Of a stretch of DNA of 64,000 nt, positions 62,437-64,000 are shown piece by piece (position 1 is the first letter of the stretch; every line of letters begins with the position of its first letter). The DNA is from Deltaproteobacteria bacterium. GTDB lineage: Bacteria; Desulfobacterota; Binatia; Binatales; Binataceae. The notes beneath the pieces are model-generated. The model was given only the letters and a program-made list of their open reading frames with translations, was not told where the DNA came from and did not search any database. The position numbers and the translations under genes were made by a program. Location of the stretch: assembly GCA_021780225.1 (NCBI GenBank), contig JAJXZF010000045.1, positions 1,847-65,846 of the forward strand. Reading direction: 5' to 3'.

Positions 62437-64000
62437 ATGAAGTCGTCAAGGCAAATGCGACCCGGATCGACACGCTCGAACTTGAGCGCCGCGGCGACAT
62501 TCGCCGGACTTTGGACCGGTTTCGCGGTCCTCTATTTATCGCTGCGTTCGAATCAATACACCGCCGTCGACGGCGCTCTTCGATGCCTCGCGGTTTATTG
62601 GCGTCGTCCACCGTATATCGGCTCCAACAATCATTTGTTGTATCCAGCCGACGTCTACGCATGGACGGCATTCTTGAAGTCCATCGGCGCCACCTGGAAC
62701 AGCCCGGTTGCATTCATTCGTTCAGTCCAGGCGATGAACGCTATCTTTGGCGCGGGCGCGGCGGCGTTAGTCTATTTACTTGTCAGACGGGTTTCATCCT
62801 CGGCTGGTTGCGCGATCGTCAGTGCCGGGATTTATGGAATATCACACGCTGTCCTGATGCATGCCGCCAACAGCGCGGAGCCGGTCGTCGGACTTTTTTT
62901 CAGCCTGCTCGCCACAATGCTGGCGATCGAAGGGATCGCCGGAACGGGTTTCATTTACCTCCTGTCCGCAGGGTTCACGCTGGCGCTCGCGCTTGCAAAC
63001 TACGAATCAATGGTCTTGGTCGGACCGTCCATTTTTCTGATGGCGCTTTTTCTTCCGGCCACGGTCAATACGCCATCGGATATAGGTCTGACGACCTTTG
63101 ATCCGCCTGCGAGCTTCAAGGAGGCCGCGAGGCGTTCGAAAAGATTGGTTGCGATGGGAACGGGCTTCCTCGCCGGCGTTGCTCTGATTTACGGTGGCGC
63201 ATACTACTCCGCTGGCGTCGATTCTCCGCGCGCGATGGCCGTTAAATTCTTCAGAATGGGCGGTGAACCGAAAGTTTATGGCGGATGGTCGCTTTCGAAG
63301 GTTGTTAATTTTCCAATTGGGATGATCGGAAATCTCGCCGCGGTCCTTCCTCAAGATTACGGCGGCCTGAGATTGCTCTTCAGGGATCGGAATATACTTT
63401 CACTCGCTCTTATATTGATGATAGCGGCCATTTTAATCGCGGCGGCGGCGATAATCATGCCTGAACTGGCCCGGCGGCGGCGCCGTAGCGGACCGTCATG
63501 GGCGATTTGCATGATTTCAGCTTTTGGAGCCGCTATCGTTTTTTTTCCAAATTTCTATTGGGATCCAATATACGACAAGCTATGGCTGCAGCCTTTGGCA
63601 TTGATGGTCGCCGCTGGCGGAATCGCCGCCGGAAAGATCGGAGGAACGGCCCGCCGCGCGTTGTCCGCCGTGGCGGCGTTATTAATAGCCAGCGAGCTGG
63701 CTTTTAATCTCCCCGCGGCCTGGAACGCCCATCACTCGTCAACCAGATGTATTGAAGATGCGCAAGCGGTCGCGCGCATAATCCGGCCGAAAGATAAAGT
63801 CGTCGCCGACTTCGATTTCGTTTCCTCGCTCTGGCTGGGACTCTACAACACCGAACCATCGCGCGCGCTGCTTTTTCCGGCGGAGAGTCCGGCGGTCTCG
63901 GTACCCACTCTGGCGCGGTGGAAGGATCGATGCGCGGCCGAAGGCTGCGTAATTTTTTTTATTGGGTTGCTCAACCAATCCCGAAAGGAATGGACTGCCT
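62437..64000 (+). CDS. Second GT-C-like polytopic membrane protein; runs off the window (alternative start 62413)
   Basis: Not in the ORF track because it has no stop in the window. Frame reads MKSSRQ...YTAVDGALRC...NNHLLYP...HAANSAEP...WDPIYDKLWLQP, with many hydrophobic segments; no stop seen in the stretches translated by hand. Confidence 0.7.
   Translation, partial: MKSSRQMRPGSTRSNLSAAATFAGLWTGFAVLYLSLRSNQYTAVDGALRCLAVYWRRPPYIGSNNHLLYPADVYAWTAFLKSIGATWNSPVAFIRSVQAMNAIFGAGAAALVYLLVRRVSSSAGCAIVSAGIYGISHAVLMHAANSAEPVVGLFFSLLATMLAIEGIAGTGFIYLLSAGFTLALALANYESMVLVGPSIFLMALFLPATVNTPSDIGLTTFDPPASFKEAARRSKRLVAMGTGFLAGVALIYGGAYYSAGVDSPRAMAVKFFRMGGEPKVYGGWSLSKVVNFPIGMIGNLAAVLPQDYGGLRLLFRDRNILSLALILMIAAILIAAAAIIMPELARRRRRSGPSWAICMISAFGAAIVFFPNFYWDPIYDKLWLQPLALMVAAGGIAAGKIGGTARRALSAVAALLIASELAFNLPAAWNAHHSSTRCIEDAQAVARIIRPKDKVVADFDFVSSLWLGLYNTEPSRALLFPAESPAVSVPTLARWKDRCAAEGCVIFFIGLLNQSRKEWTA

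Overview
High-GC bacterial chromosomal segment, dense in genes and mostly core genome. Housekeeping genes include ileS-lspA, aroC-aroK-aroB, priA, def-fmt-rsmB, rpe, pgpA-cinA, engB, murI, secA, argJ and glnA. They are interleaved with catabolic genes (paired family III CoA-transferases, MaoC, SDRs, F420-type LLM oxidoreductase, amidohydrolase, acyl-CoA dehydrogenase) and cell-surface glycan genes (GT2/GT4, two sulfotransferases, an LPS-type kinase, two GT-C-like membrane proteins). The gene repertoire suggests a Deltaproteobacteria-like soil lineage such as Candidatus Binatia (inference only). I found no rRNA, tRNA, CRISPR array, integrase or transposase. Most notable: (1) an overlapping GT2 / unknown helical protein / spore-photoproduct-lyase-like radical SAM triad between engB and murI; (2) an in-frame low-GC patch inside ileS, plus altered IleRS active-site motifs; (3) a CTAG-bounded MITE-like element carrying an inverted REP pair; (4) repeated leaderless-type promoters; (5) a sulfotransferase-glycosyltransferase module; (6) a sigma54/IHF/enhancer promoter upstream of a small secreted orphan; (7) an internally deleted crotonase relic. 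All calls were made by reading motifs by eye; no database searches were run.
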